Below are positions 25,347-38,540 of a DNA stretch of 64,000 nucleotides, piece by piece. Each line of letters begins with the position of its first letter. Within the stretch, counting starts at the first letter, position 1. Below the pieces are notes generated by a model. It was not told where the DNA came from, made no database searches, and saw nothing but the letters and a program-made list of their open reading frames with translations. Origin of the DNA: Octopus vulgaris (Eukaryota). The position numbers and the translations under genes were made by a program. The stretch spans positions 127,100,001-127,164,000 of the forward strand of contig OX597820.1 of the NCBI GenBank assembly GCA_951406725.2. Direction: 5' to 3'.

Positions 25347-27327
25347 CCCCCTTCTCTGTGACTGGTTGTCTTTCCAATTTTTTCTAATTATTCTTCCTGC
25401 TGTTTGTGGGAAATAAGATCTTAAACCTTTTTTTAGACTGTTTCTTTCATATCAAGGATATTTCATTTTAGTATTTCCCATCCACTTCAATAATAATAAT
25501 AATAATAATAATAATAATTATTATAGGGGTAGTCGTAGTAGTAGTAGTAGTAGTAATAATTTTGATATAAACCTTCGTTTGAGAATTTGAGTAGCTGAAT
25601 ATATACAAATATTTCCTGTTCATTCATTTTTCTTTTTTCTGGCACAATTATTTTGTTTGCTTTAAAAAAAGCAAAAAGTCGGATTCAGCATTTACACACA
25701 CACACAGTAATGATGTCAATAAAATTTCTAAAGAAGGAATTATTATTTAACTCTCATATTTGTGGTCTTGTGCTTGGGCTGGAGATTGATAGAATCATTT
25801 GAGTATCACAAGAAATGCTTTGTGGTATTTGTTCTGGTGCTTTACTTTCTTGCTAATTTTAAGGTGGCAAGCTAGCAGAAACGTTAGCATGCCGGGCAAA
25901 ATGCTTAGCGGTATTTTGTCTGTCTTCACATTCTGAGTTCAAATTCCGCCAAGGTCGACTTTGCCTTTCATCCTTTTGGGTCGATAAATTAAGTACCAGT
26001 TGTGTACTGGGGTTGATCTAATTGACTGACTCCCAACCCCAAAATTTCGGGCCTTGTGTCTAGAGTAGAAAAGAATTCTTGCTAATTTTGCTTTTTATGC
26101 TTCCAAAGTTGATAAAATAAAGCATCAACCAAGCACTGGAGTTGATGTAATTAACTAATCCACACCAATCAAAAATTGCCGGCATTGTGCCTAAATTAAA
26201 AACTTCAAGACTTCAAGTTGTCACACAGTGGGACTGAACCCAGAACCATGTGGTTGGGAAGCAGGCTTCTTACCACGCAACCACTTTAGATATAACAGCC
26301 ATTGTATATCTTGGAAGGTGAAGTCCATGAAGGCCAGCTGGTGTCTAATAGAAACTATGCTGAAGACAGGACTAGGATTAAGACTTATAAACCTTCAGCC
26401 AAGCTAATAAGGGAGCCTTATGGGCAACTGCAGCCTGCAAGACTTTCCGAGTGGCATCCCCTAATGAAAAATTACCTTAGATTGTTTTAGTATTACAGCC
26501 TGCACAATTGATGAGTCATGTCTCATGCAATTTACTTCTCGAGAAAGGTTGCCCAAGTCTGCTCTTTGCCATTACTTGACTTGCTAGAAATAGCTGTGAA
26601 ATCTCACATCTTACTCTCATACAAAAAGAGACGGTATTGAATGTTATTCTAGATAAATCATTGCTTCATCACTGCACCTTTCATCGTGTCTGGTTTAGCC
26701 CTAGATTCAGCCTTCACTGAGCAGAGCAAATCTCAATCAGTCTTCAGTCCTATATTTTAACAATATAGCTAATTAGCTTTATCTAAATAATGGAGTAATT
26801 GATTAATAACTCTATCATTATCTCGTCAGCTTTTCAATTAGGAACTTTTTTTCCCTAATTTTTTTTTTGTTTTTTTTGTGTGTGTGTTTTTGCATAGTTT
26901 TATAATTCTGTTGTCATCCCAGCTTTATTTCATATGAATTTTGTTCATGAATACTCCACTTACATTATATATTCCTCAGCTATGTCAATTTTAAACTAGG
27001 TTGTTGACATAATGATCTTAGTTCACATCAACTGTTTGTCAGTTTACAAACAACCAAAAAATATTGTTGGATAGTGCTGGAATGTTCTGCTGAAATAGAC
27101 AACTGGCTGCAACAAAGTTGTACAAAATATTTGATCGGCATTTCTTAGTGTCACCATTCTTGTTTCGTTTTAGGTTTACTGCTCTAACATTTAGGACTTA
27201 AAATAAATGGCCTCTACTAAAAATATTGAAAAGGAGTTAGTTTTCTGTAAGGAAATGTGGCCACCAGATTATCAGGTTGCTAAAGCAGAAGTTGACTTTT
27301 ATCTTTTACTTGTTTCAATCATTGGAC

Positions 27328-27897
27328 GTGGTGCTGGAGGATGTGGAGTCCTTCGTCTACCTGGGTTCAACGGTGGTTCCAACGGGCCAGGGCGCAGCCG
27401 AGGTTGAGCATCACATAGGCGCTGCCAGATCCGCATTCGTGCACCTCCAGTGGTGCCTGTGGGACAGAAGAGGGATCTCCTCAGTGACCAAAGGGCGAAT
27501 CTACTATCCTCCTCTATGGTTGTGAAACATGGCCTATGAGGGTAGTTGATCAGTGAAGGCTTCTACAATGGCGTTTAAGGTGGTTCGGTCATGCGGCCCG
27601 GTGTCCAGAGGGTGAGCTGCTTCACGATGTCCTTCTCCCACCTCCACTTCCCAGCTGGCGCAAATGCACGGGTGGGCAGCTGAAGACCTGGGCAACGACG
27701 ATAAAGGAGGACCTCTCTGAACTCTCAGGTCTGCGGGTGGTCGGTCTGCACAGATGGAACCGCAAATGGCTCACTATTTCCAGTGACCGCGCACAGGACT
27801 GTCGAGTGTGGGCCGCCATGGTTTGTGATGCCGTTAGGACCAGAGAAGAAGCCGGCTCAACCTGCCCTGGATGAACGCCGTCACAAGTACAAGTAGT
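27328..27897 (+). mobile_element. RTE LINE 3' fragment with internal deletion, inserted in a SINE A tail
   Basis: LEDVESFVYLGS...GAARSAF...LYGCETW...RLRWFGHAAR; tail ACAAGTACAAGTAGT; TSD ATTGGAC at 27321-27327 and 27898-27904. Confidence 0.92.
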
Positions 27898-28832
27898 ATT
27901 GGACTGCAGCCAGATAGTTTGTATCATAGAATCAGGTGCAGGGTCAAGTGGGTTGATAGCAAGCGTTAAACTGATTTGGTGATTGGAACAAAGCAACAGG
28001 TTCCATGATGTGGATTTACTGATAAGTGTCTGTGTCCTCTAACAATTTTAGATTTGTAAAGCAGGTGATTTTGAATGCTTAGAGAGAACTTGGGAGATAT
28101 TTGGCTACTACTTTGAACAAATCGAGTGATTGCATATAAATTCTTTCATTGTTAACAATTAAGTGGCTGACTAGGTTTTGGGTCCAGTAACAGTGAGTTC
28201 ATATACAGTCAAGGTTCAATAATTGCTACTTTTGCTGAGGAATGATGTGGACCCCAACAAATTGGTAAAAATTCAAAAACATAATTTCTACTTTGTGTTT
28301 TTTTTTTCTTGAGGTATATTTATTCAAAAAAGGCATGGCTAAGTGCTGGCATAGCTGTGATCTTAAGAAATTCACTACCCAAGCATATGGGTTTGATAGG
28401 CAAGCATCTTCTGTTATAACTCTGGACCAACCAAGGCTTTGTGAGTGGATATGGTAGATGGAAATGAAAAGAACCCGTAGTGTGTGTGTTTTTTTATCTC
28501 CTTGTTTTGACAACATGTGATTCATCATCATCATTGTTTAATGTCTGTTTTCCATGTTGGCATGGGTTGGACGGTTTGACTGAGGTCTGGAGAGGCAGAA
28601 GCTGCACCAGGCCCCAATCTGATCTGGCAGTGTTTCTACAGCTGGATGCCCTTCCTAACGCCAATCACTGCGAGAGTGTAGTGGTTGCTTTTTACCTGCC
28701 ACTGGCACAGGAGCCAGTCTGGAGTTCTGACATCAGCTACGATCGGTTGGTGCTTTTTATGTGCCCCTGGCTCGGGAGCCAGTCTGGGGTACTGGCATTG
28801 GCCACATTTGGTTGGTGCTTTTTTGCGTGCCA

Positions 28833-28895
28833 CCGGCCTTACCAGAAATACAGCATCAGTGGTGCTTCTGCCTGGCACAAAACCAAACTGCATAT
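28833..28895 (-). pseudogene. Tiny LINE reverse-transcriptase fragment
   Basis: MQFGFVPGRSTTDAVFLVR matches the non-LTR RT QFGF..GRST.DAIF motif. Confidence 0.75.
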
Positions 28896-30844
28896 TTCCA
28901 ATATTTTATGAGGCCATGTCTGGTCTATGTAAGTGGACATAAAGTAAAGTTGATGATGAAAGTATGATTGTTGTTTAAGTTTGATCTCTGAAAAGTGTCC
29001 TACTTTGCAGTAGCTGGAATGGAGCTTGAGTCCTGCACTGCAACTCCTCGAAATATCCTCTTCAAATATGCACTAAGAACACTGCTTATAGTAGTGAACT
29101 CATGCTACCATTTCTGGTACCTTTTGTTTAGGTGAATGGGACTAACAAAAAGAAGTATACTACACATTTGACCAATGACTTAACACCTTCTCACTCTGGC
29201 AAGTTTACAGATCTGTATTTAATCAATAACTGATGCTGTTTTTTAGTCTAAGATCAGCATTATTTGAGCAAACCTATGTCTGATTGGAAATTTTTCTAAC
29301 CATGACAAATGTTTTTTTTTGTTTTTTAGTGCTTAAGAAAAGATTTTTTTTTGTTTTTTAGCGCTTAAGAAAAGATTTTTTTTAGCTGCAAGTTATCTAG
29401 GATTATCCTTTTTAAGTCAAGAGAGAGAGAGCGAGAGATCTTTTTGCTATTTCTTAATACTTTTATTGTGGAAATCAGAAATATTCAATCAAAATATCAG
29501 TTTCTCTCAGTCCCACTGTGTGACAACTTGGGCAAGAGTCTTCTACTATAGCTTTAGGCCAACCAAAGCCTTGTGAGTAAATTTGGTAGATAGAAACTGA
29601 AAAAAGCCCATTGTAGTGTGTGTATATTTGTTGTTCCTCCTCCACTGCTTAACAACCAGTGCTGGTTTGTTTATATCCCCATAACTTTCTATCTTTTGCT
29701 GGAGAATGTCATATTTGAAACTATTTTCTGTCACGGTATGTCAAGTTTATTGAGGCAACATAACTTGCAGAAAATACCAGTTCTATTTTTTGGTGGATAT
29801 TTAACATTATTACTGGAACAACCATGAACTCAAATGTTGCCTAGCGTCTCTCATTTATGTATATTTTGCATAGAATTTTGTAATTCCATTTAAGCAATGT
29901 GGACAGTGTTACAGTTAGGAAATAAAATGCTCTTCTTTCAAGCATAGTTCTTGTTTGTTGAGTTTTGTTTGTATTACCCACACACCAAAGTAAATAAATA
30001 AATAAATAGATAAGATGAATCAGACGTAGATAAAATGGAGATGATTTGATTTATTCATTCATAATTGTCAGTTTTCAATTAATTTACTAAACAGAAAAAG
30101 CAAAACAAACAAACGGACAAAAAACATTTGGAACAATTCATTTTCTATTATCATTAGTCACAACTGTTTAAATTCAAAAGTTTACAATTTAGAAATATTG
30201 CTTATTTACACAAACACACATACATTCATGCATACACACGCACACACACACATATTCATGCGTACACAGTCATGCATGCACCACACATTCTGAATACTCA
30301 CACAATTGCACACACAAATTCACACACACACACATACACACACCTTACCTTCTGTTAACAATTATTCCCTTGCAAACATAATGTAATTAATAACTTAGTC
30401 AAAAGATTTTGTCTTTGTAATGTTTTTCTTATTGTTCTGTATTTTGGTATTTTTTTTGGTTTTCATTTTTTTTTTATTTACAATAATAATTACAATTTTG
30501 TGTAATTAAAAATAGATTCTTTTGAATTCTTAAAACACTTGTTTCAGAAATTTTCCAGTAATTAATATAACGACCCAATTTCTAAAAAAAATTATTAGTT
30601 ATGGGTGTTGTTGGAAAGCAAGAATATTTTGTGAAATGAATCTATAATCTGGATTTAGTTCATAGCTACCATAGACACTAGTTATTTTTTTACGTACTTA
30701 TTTGAGAAGTATAACAATTTCTTACAATATCTTAAAGATTTAGACTTTGAGAAATTGTAGATATATCTTTTTTAAATGCTACTTTCTTTTACTGTATGTG
30801 TGAGAGACAAAGCATAAATAATGGTCATTATATATTCCTTTATT

Positions 30845-31276
30845 GGGATCTTTTCGGTTTGAACGGCAGTTTTTAACATAATTTCTAGGTAACTAAAAAA
30901 TTTTAAACTTCGTATACTGGTAGAATGTGTTTATAAAACATCTTTTTTCTCTTGGCTTTATTGAGAAAATTCTATAGTTTGTAAGATATTTGTTGTTCTT
31001 TTTTTTCTTCAATTTCTGCAATTTCAACCAATCAGTGACGTCTGTTGAGGTAAAAAACATTCTGTGCCATATGGATATGTCCCTCGTTTAAGAAACAGAT
31101 TGGGTTTATTTACATTTGTAAAGAAAAAAGATACCCTTCCCCCCACCCCTAACCCTAACTAACCCTAACCCTAAAACAGATTGAAATGCAATAAATCGAT
31201 ACTAGGGTCATAATTATGGGTGACAATTTCATATGACACCGCTAGAAAAAACTGCCGGTCAAACCGAAAAGATCCC
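30845..31276 (+). mobile_element. MITE with ~30-bp TIR (GGATCTTTTCGGTTTGAACGGCAGTTTTT), possibly Merlin superfamily
   Basis: TIRs at both ends; flanking duplication CTTTATT; internal (CCCTAA)-like repeats; inverted copy at 46720-47117. Confidence 0.88.
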
Positions 31277-32178
31277 TTTATTTTAGTAAATTTGATTTAC
31301 AGCTGTTCCCTGTAGCCATTGTAGGTCCATTATTGATCGGTTCACTCAATCAGCCGGTTATTTATATAAGCACAGGGTGGTTGTGCTGTTGAGAAGCTTC
31401 CCAACCATGTAGCTTTGGGTTCAGTCCTTGAGTAAGTGTCTTCTATAGCACCAAGATAACCTTGTGAGAGGATTTGATAGACTAAAACTGAAAGGTGCCT
31501 GTCATGTGTGCATGTGTGTGCGTGTATATGTATTCAGTAGTGACTGTTGGAAAAAAGAGTACTCAATACTGCATTAGAGGTAAATATTTTTTGTTCGGTC
31601 AGTATCTTGCTACTCTGAGTTTCACTTATAGGTTCACAAGACTTTCAGGCAAGTTAGGGCTACTTATGAGTCATCATTTGCCTGAAGACCCTATATATTC
31701 CCACAAGTGAACCAGTTACACACTGGGGTCGATGGAATCAACTTAATCCCTTTGTCTGTCCTTGTTTGTCCCCTCTATGTTTAGCCCCTTGTGGGCAAAA
31801 AAAATAAGAGGAATGGTAAGCAGCCTTAAAAAAATCTACATTAAGTTCTCTCTAAGAAGGTGATGAAATGTGATCTTCAGATTTTGATTTTCATAGAGGC
31901 AGTGACACTTGACTTGGACTTCTGGCAAATTGCTCTGTTTGAGAAGAAGAGAAATTGTGGTCTTGGCCTAGTGCCAGTGCTGTGTGAATAGCAGCCATGC
32001 CGGTAATGCATAAAAGGCATCCAGTACACTCTGTGGAGTGGTTGGCATTAGGAAGGGCATCCAGCCATAGAAATCGAGCCAAAACAGACTGGAGCCTGGT
32101 GCATCTCTCTGGCCTACCATCTCTTGTCAAACTGCCTCACTCATGCCAGCAAGGAAAACGGATGTTAATCGATGATAA

Positions 32179-32217
<39 letters not shown>

Positions 32218-33532
32218 CAAACATATAAAATCTTGCTTTCTTGGTTAATTTTGTTTTCTTTTTGCTCCCCTTCATTCCACTTGCCCTTATCTCTTTTCCT
32301 TTCTACTTGGAATGATCAAAAAACTGTAAAGGACGACGTTTTATAAACATTTCATTGATCAAAAGGTGAATTAGTAGTTTTCTGAGATGCTTTATAGCAT
32401 GAAAGTACAGGTAATTTGAGGAATTATGTCGTCAGTTTTTGTTTTGTTTTTTTATTATGTATGTATTGTTAACCCTTTCAAGATGAAGCTAACTGAGAAA
32501 CCTTTTACATAAAAGAAAATAACTTTTTTTTTTCTTTTTACAAAATACAAAATGAATAAATATGGGGGAAAATATATGAATGACAAAGGAAATTATCTCT
32601 ATTCATGAAAAGATCAACCCTTTTTTTTTTTTCCTTTCTATCACAAGAATGGCAGGCCTATAGATCGATACAGATATCTTTTGATAATTTGAAAGGCTGG
32701 AAGATAGTTTTCAGTGTGATTTACCTTAATGTCTTAAAAGATTATGGTCATGTTCCAATATGGAGTCACTTAGTGGACAGATGCTGACACTAATATGTAT
32801 GTACAAAGGTACATATGTATGTAGCTCTGCACGTAGTCAAAGAATAAACCAAACTAATGTCTATTGCTCATTTATTCTAATAGGTTCTATTTAGTGAGAC
32901 TGGGGCATTGAATTGTTTAATCCTGTGGCATTCAGATTATTTTCTCAAATGTAATGCTTAATATATTCACATTATTTTGAATTAATCATGCATTATCTTA
33001 TAGCTTTGAGATTTTGATGATGTCATTATTTTCAGAATGATGTTGTTGGTTATGTGTAAGAGGACAGATCAGATTATTTTGAACATAAAGCAAGTTGACT
33101 ATTTGAGCTGAATGTATTTAAACCAGTCAGATCTGGCCAAAATAGTTAATCTGTTTTCTGTTCAAACTGACCAGATCCAGGCTCTCACACCTACCCTACA
33201 ATGTTATTCTACATTAAGTAATTACACCATCAAGATCTTGAAGATATGAGATAATGCATGATTAATTCAAATCAATGTGAATCAATAGGCATTATGTTTG
33301 ATTGAATAATCTGAACACTCAAGGGTTAAATGTTAAAGGGTTGAAGTAACTTGGTAATTGAGCAGGCAAAAAGTAAAAAAAAACCCAAAAAACTGTTACA
33401 TCTAACCCAAATCATAGCAGTGCTTAACTCATAAGTTGGAAGTCTGAAGACCAACCTTATGTGTACTGTGATGTGTAAATGTCTCCTCAGTCACTGAAGA
33501 GATTGTGGTTTGCCCTGTTTCCTTGACATTAA

Positions 33533-33753
33533 CCCTTTTGTTACCGTATTTATTTTGAGATGCTCTGTGTTTCTTTCAATTACTTTAAATATAACAAAGA
33601 ATTTAGTAAAATAACTTGGTTATCATTCAGTTAGTGTTAGGAACATAAGTTGTGATGGAGGTTTGGTGGAAGATTTTAATTCAAAACTTAATGCAAACAA
33701 GACATTTGTACTGAGAGCCGGAGCCGGTTTCAGCCGGGTTGGTAAAGAAAGGG
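33533..33753. mobile_element. piggyBac-type MITE, family 1, intact (degenerate copies ~200-380, 1560-1700, 4871-4950, 13990-14210, 15650-15810, 17875-18080, 41545-41762, 47250-47470, 52510-52625, 55595-55750)
   Basis: TTAA|CCCTTTTGTTACC ... GGTAAAGAAAGGG|TTAA. Confidence 0.9.
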
Positions 33754-34859
33754 TTAAGCAAATAGACTACTACTAGGCTATTCAAGGTAACATTTGTCAA
33801 TGATTTGATAACTCAGTGTAGGGAGGAGGCTGGGGCTGAGCTGTGTATGGTCAACTGTAATGCTTGAAGTAGATTTGCCATCATCATCATCATCATCACT
33901 AATGTTATGCCTGCTTTTCCCATGCTGGTCCAGGTTGGATGGGCTATCTGAAGGCAATATTCTACAAATGGTCAGTCTTTCCTGTTATCAATCCTTATTT
34001 TGAAGTAAAGTGTTTTCTGTGTTTTGTGAATGTACTAGATTACATACAGTGTCACTGAGAAGATATGCAGAAAATAATCCCCACACACACTCCCTTGTAC
34101 ACATACATTCATGTACTAGTACACACACATTGGGCTTCCATACAGTTTGTTTACTAATTTTGCTTGCGAAACATTGGTCAATCCATGGCTATAGTAGAGT
34201 CTGTTTGGCCAGAGTGCCACCTGAAACCATAAGGTTACAAAACAAACTCTGTAACCACATAGCCAAACCTCATTATTTTATTTTGCTCCTTTTCATTTGG
34301 ACGTGGTTCGATCTTGTAGTTATTTGTGAATCTTTACACACCATCTTTTATAATAATCTTCATCTACCTCCTATTCTCAAATCATTCCTTTCCTAATTTT
34401 ATCCCTGTTCTTTTGATAACCAATCCACCCTCGACCACCCCTGCTTCTTTGACACAAATCTCTTGTTTTAAAATTATCTAAATTAAAACCTTCCACTATT
34501 ATTTCATCTTAACCTATGCTTAACTAACAGTGAGTTTTATTTTCCTAAATTCTGTATTTCCAAACTTGATTACAAAACAGCAGTGGATTTTAGTAGAAAT
34601 TTGGTTTAAAAAAAAAAAGAAAGAAAAATGCGTTGGGGGCAGTTAATAATAACCGGAACCATCTACACTCTTGAGTAAATTACTTTTTGTAGTAATAACA
34701 ATTGGTAAAAACATGCCTTCAGTGATCGTAGGGGTCAAGGCAAAAAAAAAAATAGCTTAGGGTTTTATGTTTGTGCTTGTTACTCTAATCAGTGGTGATT
34801 TACTACAACTAATAAAATGATTTTGCTGTCTCCATTTCACTTAACTGTATTCTCTAAAA

Positions 34860-35175
34860 CAGTGGTTCTCAACTGGGGTCCATATGGCCCCTAAGGGCCC
34901 GTATAAGAATTTTGGAGATTCACAGTATTTTTAAGGGCCCCTGAAAAAATTTTGCTTTAAATGTATGTATTGGTATGTATTGCAAGAAACAGCTTGGTTT
35001 CCTTCTCTAACATTTTACATACCTCTACACTAATTAATATATGAAAAACAAAATAAGAATTTTGGAAGAAGTTTCTCTAAAACTACATTTTAAACATTGA
35101 ATGGCTGAGTGTCCACCTGAATAGAATAATAATCAAAGGGATCCATAGATAAAAAAAAATGGTTGAGAACCCATG
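34860..35175. mobile_element. hAT (Charlie-like) MITE; partial related copy ~13640-13820
   Basis: TIR CAGTGGTTCTCAAC...GTTGAGAACCCATG; flanks CTCTAAAA and TTCTAGAG resemble the nTCTAGAn target. Confidence 0.8.
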
Positions 35176-35711
35176 TTCTAGAGGCTTGTTACTGTTTGTT
35201 TATAGTATAAGAATTTTAGAAACTTTGACATATGAAATAAATTGGTTTTAACAGTGGAACTTAAAATAGATAGTTTTGGATAAATAAAAAAAAATCAAAG
35301 GCTGTACATGAGACTTGAACCTACATTGTCTGTGAATATGACAGATGTTCTAACCATTAGACTAAAATAACAGTTTGAATTTTCTATGTGTGATATGAAA
35401 TGAATTGTTTTAAAGGCTGGACCCAAGATAAAGCTATAAATGTAGAAATCAAGTTTAAAATTGCTTCCACAGAAAAATGTCAAAATCCCACAAGCAACAA
35501 TATTCCGTTATCTTACTTAGGGATTCATTTTTTAGGCAGAGCAGTCTTTTTGTCAGATCATTTTTCTTTTACTTGTTTCAGCCGTTAGACTGCAGCCATA
35601 CTGGGGAAATTTGTTGAATTTTGAGACAAATGAATTGATCCTGGTGCCTTTTTCTTTTTTTTTTTTTCCAAAGCCCGATACTTATTCTTTTGTTGAACAG
35701 CTAAGTTATGA

Positions 35712-36090
35712 GTCCAACCCCTCCTCAAAGAGGTAGGGTGGTGTAAACGGGCAGTGTCAAAGGTATGCCGTCGGGAACTTCAGTTCCTGGTAGGGCCACC
35801 CAAGGCAGTTTGGTCTGGCACCGAGCAGTATTAGGGCCGCAGCCTGGCCAACAGGGCTATGGTGAAAATTGCAAGAGGCGTCTGATTGGCAACCGGCGGC
35901 TTCGAGGTCGTTCTGTCCCTGTGTCTGTGGAGACTCCGCAGCAAACAGGGTGTTCCGTCACTCAGGATATGTATGCGGGATGTTGGGGACCACTTGTGAA
36001 TTCAATGTTCCCACAAAACTTCTTCTATGAGAGAAAAAGCCGGCTCAACCCACCCTGGGTGAACGCCATCACAAGTACAAGTAAGTAAGT
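35712..36090 (+). mobile_element. Bipartite non-autonomous RTE derivative (5'UTR-like part plus RTE 3' tail), nested in SINE A 35565-36330(-)
   Basis: Last ~60 bp match the tail of the RTE at 27842-27897; CCTGGTAGGGCCACCCAAGGCA resembles a recalled RTE/Rex3 5'UTR motif; no RT coding sequence. Confidence 0.7.
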
Positions 36091-36388
36091 ATGGGCCATA
36101 AACACACCAACAGCAGTTGTCAAGTAGTGGTGAGGGACAAAGACACATGCATGCACACACACATGCACATACACACACACATACAGTGGGCTTCTTTCAG
36201 TTTCCGCCTGCCATTCCACTCACATGGCTTTGGTTGGCCTGAAGCTACCCAAGGTGCCACACAACAAGACTTAAACCCAAAACCATGTGCTTGGGAAGCA
36301 AACTGCTTACCACTCAGCCATACCTGCGCTTACTAAACTTAACTTTCAGACTCTATTTTCTAAAATTCTTTTTTGTTTTTTTTGCGCG

Positions 36389-36740
36389 GTCATTTGACTG
36401 TGGCCATACTGGAGCACTGCCTTTAGTCAAACAAATTGACCCCCAGGATTTATTTTTTGTAAGCCCAGTACTTATTCTATCGATCTCTTTTGCTGGACTG
36501 CTAAATTACGGGGGCATAAACACACCAGCATCAATTGTCAAAGCAATGGTGGGGGGACAAACACACACACACACACACACACGACGGGCTTCTTTCAGTT
36601 TCCGTCTACCAAATCCACTCACAAGGCTTTTGTCGACTCAAGGCTATAGTAGAAGACACTCGTCCAAGGTGCCACGCAGTGGGACTGAACCTAGAACCAT
36701 GTGAATGGGAAACAAGTTTCTTACCACAAAGCCACGTCCC
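36389..36740 (-). mobile_element. SINE family A
   Basis: Colinear with 8227-8642. Confidence 0.88.
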
Positions 36741-38157
36741 ACTTCTTTTAAGATATTTAATATCAATGAACTTTGCAGCCTTTGCTATTTAAGGAAGTTG
36801 CAGAGTAAAAATAAAATAAGTAACAAATAAATAGAAATATTATTTCTTAAAATTTTCAGTTGCTGTAATATAAACTTCTTGACATGGAATTTTAATACTA
36901 CCCCCCCCTCCCATGATTTGTTAATATAAAAAAAAGAGGCCAGGTTTTCATCTCAGTTTTTTCTCTTTTTGAATACTATAAGCATTTGAGTGGGATTTCA
37001 TATGAAGTTATTATTAGACTTTAAAGTACCAACACAACTCTTTGCAGGCTATTACCCTGTATAATGCCAACTAGGTGACAAAACATTCGTTTAAGAGACG
37101 AATAGGTCTGCTGTTGCGTCTAATTTTGACAAAATACTTAAGTGGTTATAAGAAAAATAAATGGAACTCGGTGGCAGTTTATATTTTTTATATTAAAATC
37201 TTCATCATCTGGTTGGAAAAGAAGGAGAAAAAAAAAAGAATTGTAATGTATATCTTCGTTTATAAGTCGTCTATAGCCTCTCCTGTTTACTTACCTTCAC
37301 AGAATAAGTGGTGTTTATTATTGTTAAAAAACAAAAAAAAGGAAGAATGACTTTGGGGTCTGTAGTCTAAGAAGTGACTGTTGATTGCTACTATTGGGTA
37401 TTGTAGACCACCTATATGCACGCACCATGTGCAGCTTGAGAAAGAGCAGCTTCGCTTTTCAAACCACCAACAACAAATGTGTCAAGTCAGCAGCATTTGT
37501 CATAGTGCTTAGAATCAAGAAAAACACGTGGGAGGAGGAGGAGGAGGCTGCAGTCTGCAAGTTTCTCCCCATTCATACGAGCATGGAAAATGTGTAAAAA
37601 CCTATTGTCAGATATATTACATATCAGGTATCTATATTTGGAACCTGATAGACGTTCTTCTAAGAACTAATGATACATCTAATTAGTAAGAGAGATGGTC
37701 TTTGGCTGGCTGCAAATTCTCGGTTTAAATTAGCTTCTTTCTTCTGAAACCTTATCCAGTGTTTCTGTAATTACTCTTAGAGAATATTAATATTATATCC
37801 ACTTAATAGGTCTGTGGTAATTGAGTAATGAAGATGCTGGACTTCTGGCTTTTGCTTATTATTGGTTTTAAGCATTGCTCTTGGTATTGTATTATACTTT
37901 AAAACAGAACAGTGTACTGTTACATTTGGCTGGTTTACTTAACTAACCTGAGAATTAGTATCATACTTGGTGACCAACTTCAGATAGATGAGAGTTAATA
38001 TAAAAATGTTGGCTTTTAGAAACCAGATTGTTTGACATTATTGGATACTATTAAATGTTTATGTCTGAATGTGATTTTTCACTATCTTTCTATATTACAC
38101 TTTTCCATGGCTGCTTCATTTTTAACTCTTATTTTTATTCCAGTTTTTGTCTGTATT

Positions 38158-38196
<39 letters not shown>

Positions 38197-38540
38197 CACT
38201 TTTTTTTTTTTCCCCAGACTGAAAATTTTTTTTTTCTGCATATTCTGTTATGTCATTTGTATTAATAGACCAAACATTTTGTTTTGATAACACTCTTTCC
38301 TGCCACCTCTTAACCAAAAATCTCCTAAATTATATTTTTAATCTTTCATTTATCTATCGAATAACAAATATATTTTGAGTCTAAAACAACACACACAAAT
38401 ACATACACATGTATGTTCTACATAAACACATACACACTGTCATGTACATATTGCTCACATATTTATATAAATATTTTTCTCTTATTTGCAGCCTATGTTG
38501 GGATTAAAAGCCGACTGCATTCATCTTCCCAGATGACGTC

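Noticed and set aside
29313-29382. Short tandem duplications (also ~5292-5330, 12636-12688, 55878-55928)
   Set aside because: Ordinary slippage duplications with no sign of function.
31141-31175. Telomere or chromosome-fusion scar
   Set aside because: A few CCCTAA units internal to a MITE that is present twice.
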